Shown piece after piece: positions 62,823-64,000 of a stretch of DNA of 64,000 nt. The stretch is taken from positions 36,952,001-37,016,000 of the forward strand of contig CM060733.1 in NCBI GenBank assembly GCA_030704615.1. The letters are read 5' to 3'. Under the pieces are notes generated by a model, which had not been told where the DNA came from, did no database searches, and worked only from the letters and a program-made list of their open reading frames with translations. The translations under genes and the position numbers were made by a program. Numbering within the stretch: the first letter of the stretch is position 1; the number at the start of each line of letters is the position of its first letter. This stretch comes from Takakia lepidozioides (taxonomy: Eukaryota; Plantae; Bryophyta).

Positions 62823-64000
62823 AGAGGGACAGAGAGGGCGAGACGAGCAAACAAAAACAAAAAAGGTGGGGGGGGGGGGACTGAGCAGTTGTTGCTGCTC
62901 AGTCACTCTCTCCCCCACATTTTAATTTTATTTTTCTTGCACCCTCACTGGTGGGGGGAGCTGAGAGCAGCAACACTTGCTGCTCTCACCCCCCCCACAT
63001 GTTTTTTTTTTTTTTTTTGGATCTGGAATGTAGAGATTGTTTCTTGGTGAGGCCAACTTTTGGGTTTGCATGACAAGTGCCAGGCTTATGGGGAAAGAGA
63101 AGAAGTCCCATGCCCCAAAGAAATGGGCGGAAAACCCGTTTGCTCTATCGGCACATATGACGCGGGCTGGTGTCTCACGGTTAACCAGCCCCGTCGACAG
63201 CCACAGCCGAAGGGCTCGTCTGCCCCCTGAGGCCAGTACCCCCCCCCCCCCTCTTGTCCCCGTCTTGGATTCGCCAGGGGCCGGCTCAACCACCTCTCCT
63301 ATTCGGGAGGTTGTTGTTGGGCCGGATGCTTAGTTGAGCACACCCCCGGCCACCAAGACAAGTGAAATGTACCTTGGCAAGCGCATCACCCGTTCGGGGG
63401 CCCGGTTCGGGCAACTTTTGGATGTCACCCCTATACAGACCCCTTCCTCCGCAGCGAAGGCCGCACTTGCCAAGGCCCAAGGTCAGGTTGAAGGGCCTCG
63501 GGATGTGGCTATTCCTAGCCCAATGTTGAGCATGAGGGAGGAGTTGACGAGGAGGGCCAATGACGAGGCCGAGATAGCGAAGCGCCTCAAATTAGTCAAG
63601 CCGGGTGAGGGCTTCTACCCTGCTTCGCATTTTGGGGGGGGGGAGGAGGAGCTACAGGCCCAGTGTTTTTTTTTCTGGCGAATAATCGCCAGATTTCGAC
63701 TTGGAAAATGGGTCAGCGACTTTTACTAAGGAATTTTGGGATTAAAAATCAAAGAAAATCGCTAGAAAATGCCAAAGGGTAAATACCAGGAGCCAGATTT
63801 GTCCTACGTGGACCTGTCAAAGTATGACACCTGTAATATAGCCTCTTTTCCAGCTCTGTCACCCCGTTATTCTCGCCACATGGGCGTTGGGTAGAATCTA
63901 CATGTCGCCCTGCAAGCGATTTTGGAAAAGTGAAAAAAAAAACACTGTAGAGGCCGGTTTGGAGCGGCCTAGCTGATCAGTGATGCCGCCCCCTCAGCCT

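Noticed and set aside
63334-63729. 131-aa ORF near the right edge
   Set aside because: No recognisable motif, and it runs into homopolymer tracts. It cannot be assigned without downstream sequence.

Overview
Eukaryotic nuclear DNA with spliceosomal introns, most consistent with a non-seed land plant (inferred from gene content only). From left to right: (1) a 5'-truncated, frameshifted importin-7/8 (SAD2-like) gene copy; (2) an intronless coiled-coil ORF resembling fungal Mug135/DUF1773-like proteins, beside CACTA/En-Spm transposase remnants; (3) an EDR2-like PH-START-DUF1336 gene; (4) a very long coiled-coil gene; (5) an Oberon-like PHD gene; (6) a 21-kb nest of Ty3/Gypsy LTR retrotransposons (40.6-61.9 kb); (7) transposon-end-like repeats. 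The outer retrotransposon carries a DNMT3-like cytosine-5 DNA methyltransferase domain in frame with its protease and upstream of RT, a stem-loop tandem array in its leader, and inverted rather than direct terminal LTR sequence. Inside it lie two sister chromoviruses nested in opposite orientation. A separate ~200-nt element with compensatory base changes occurs twice, in introns of two unrelated genes 30 kb apart, and is a candidate undescribed structured or mobile RNA. Family assignments come from recalled motifs, not from database searches.
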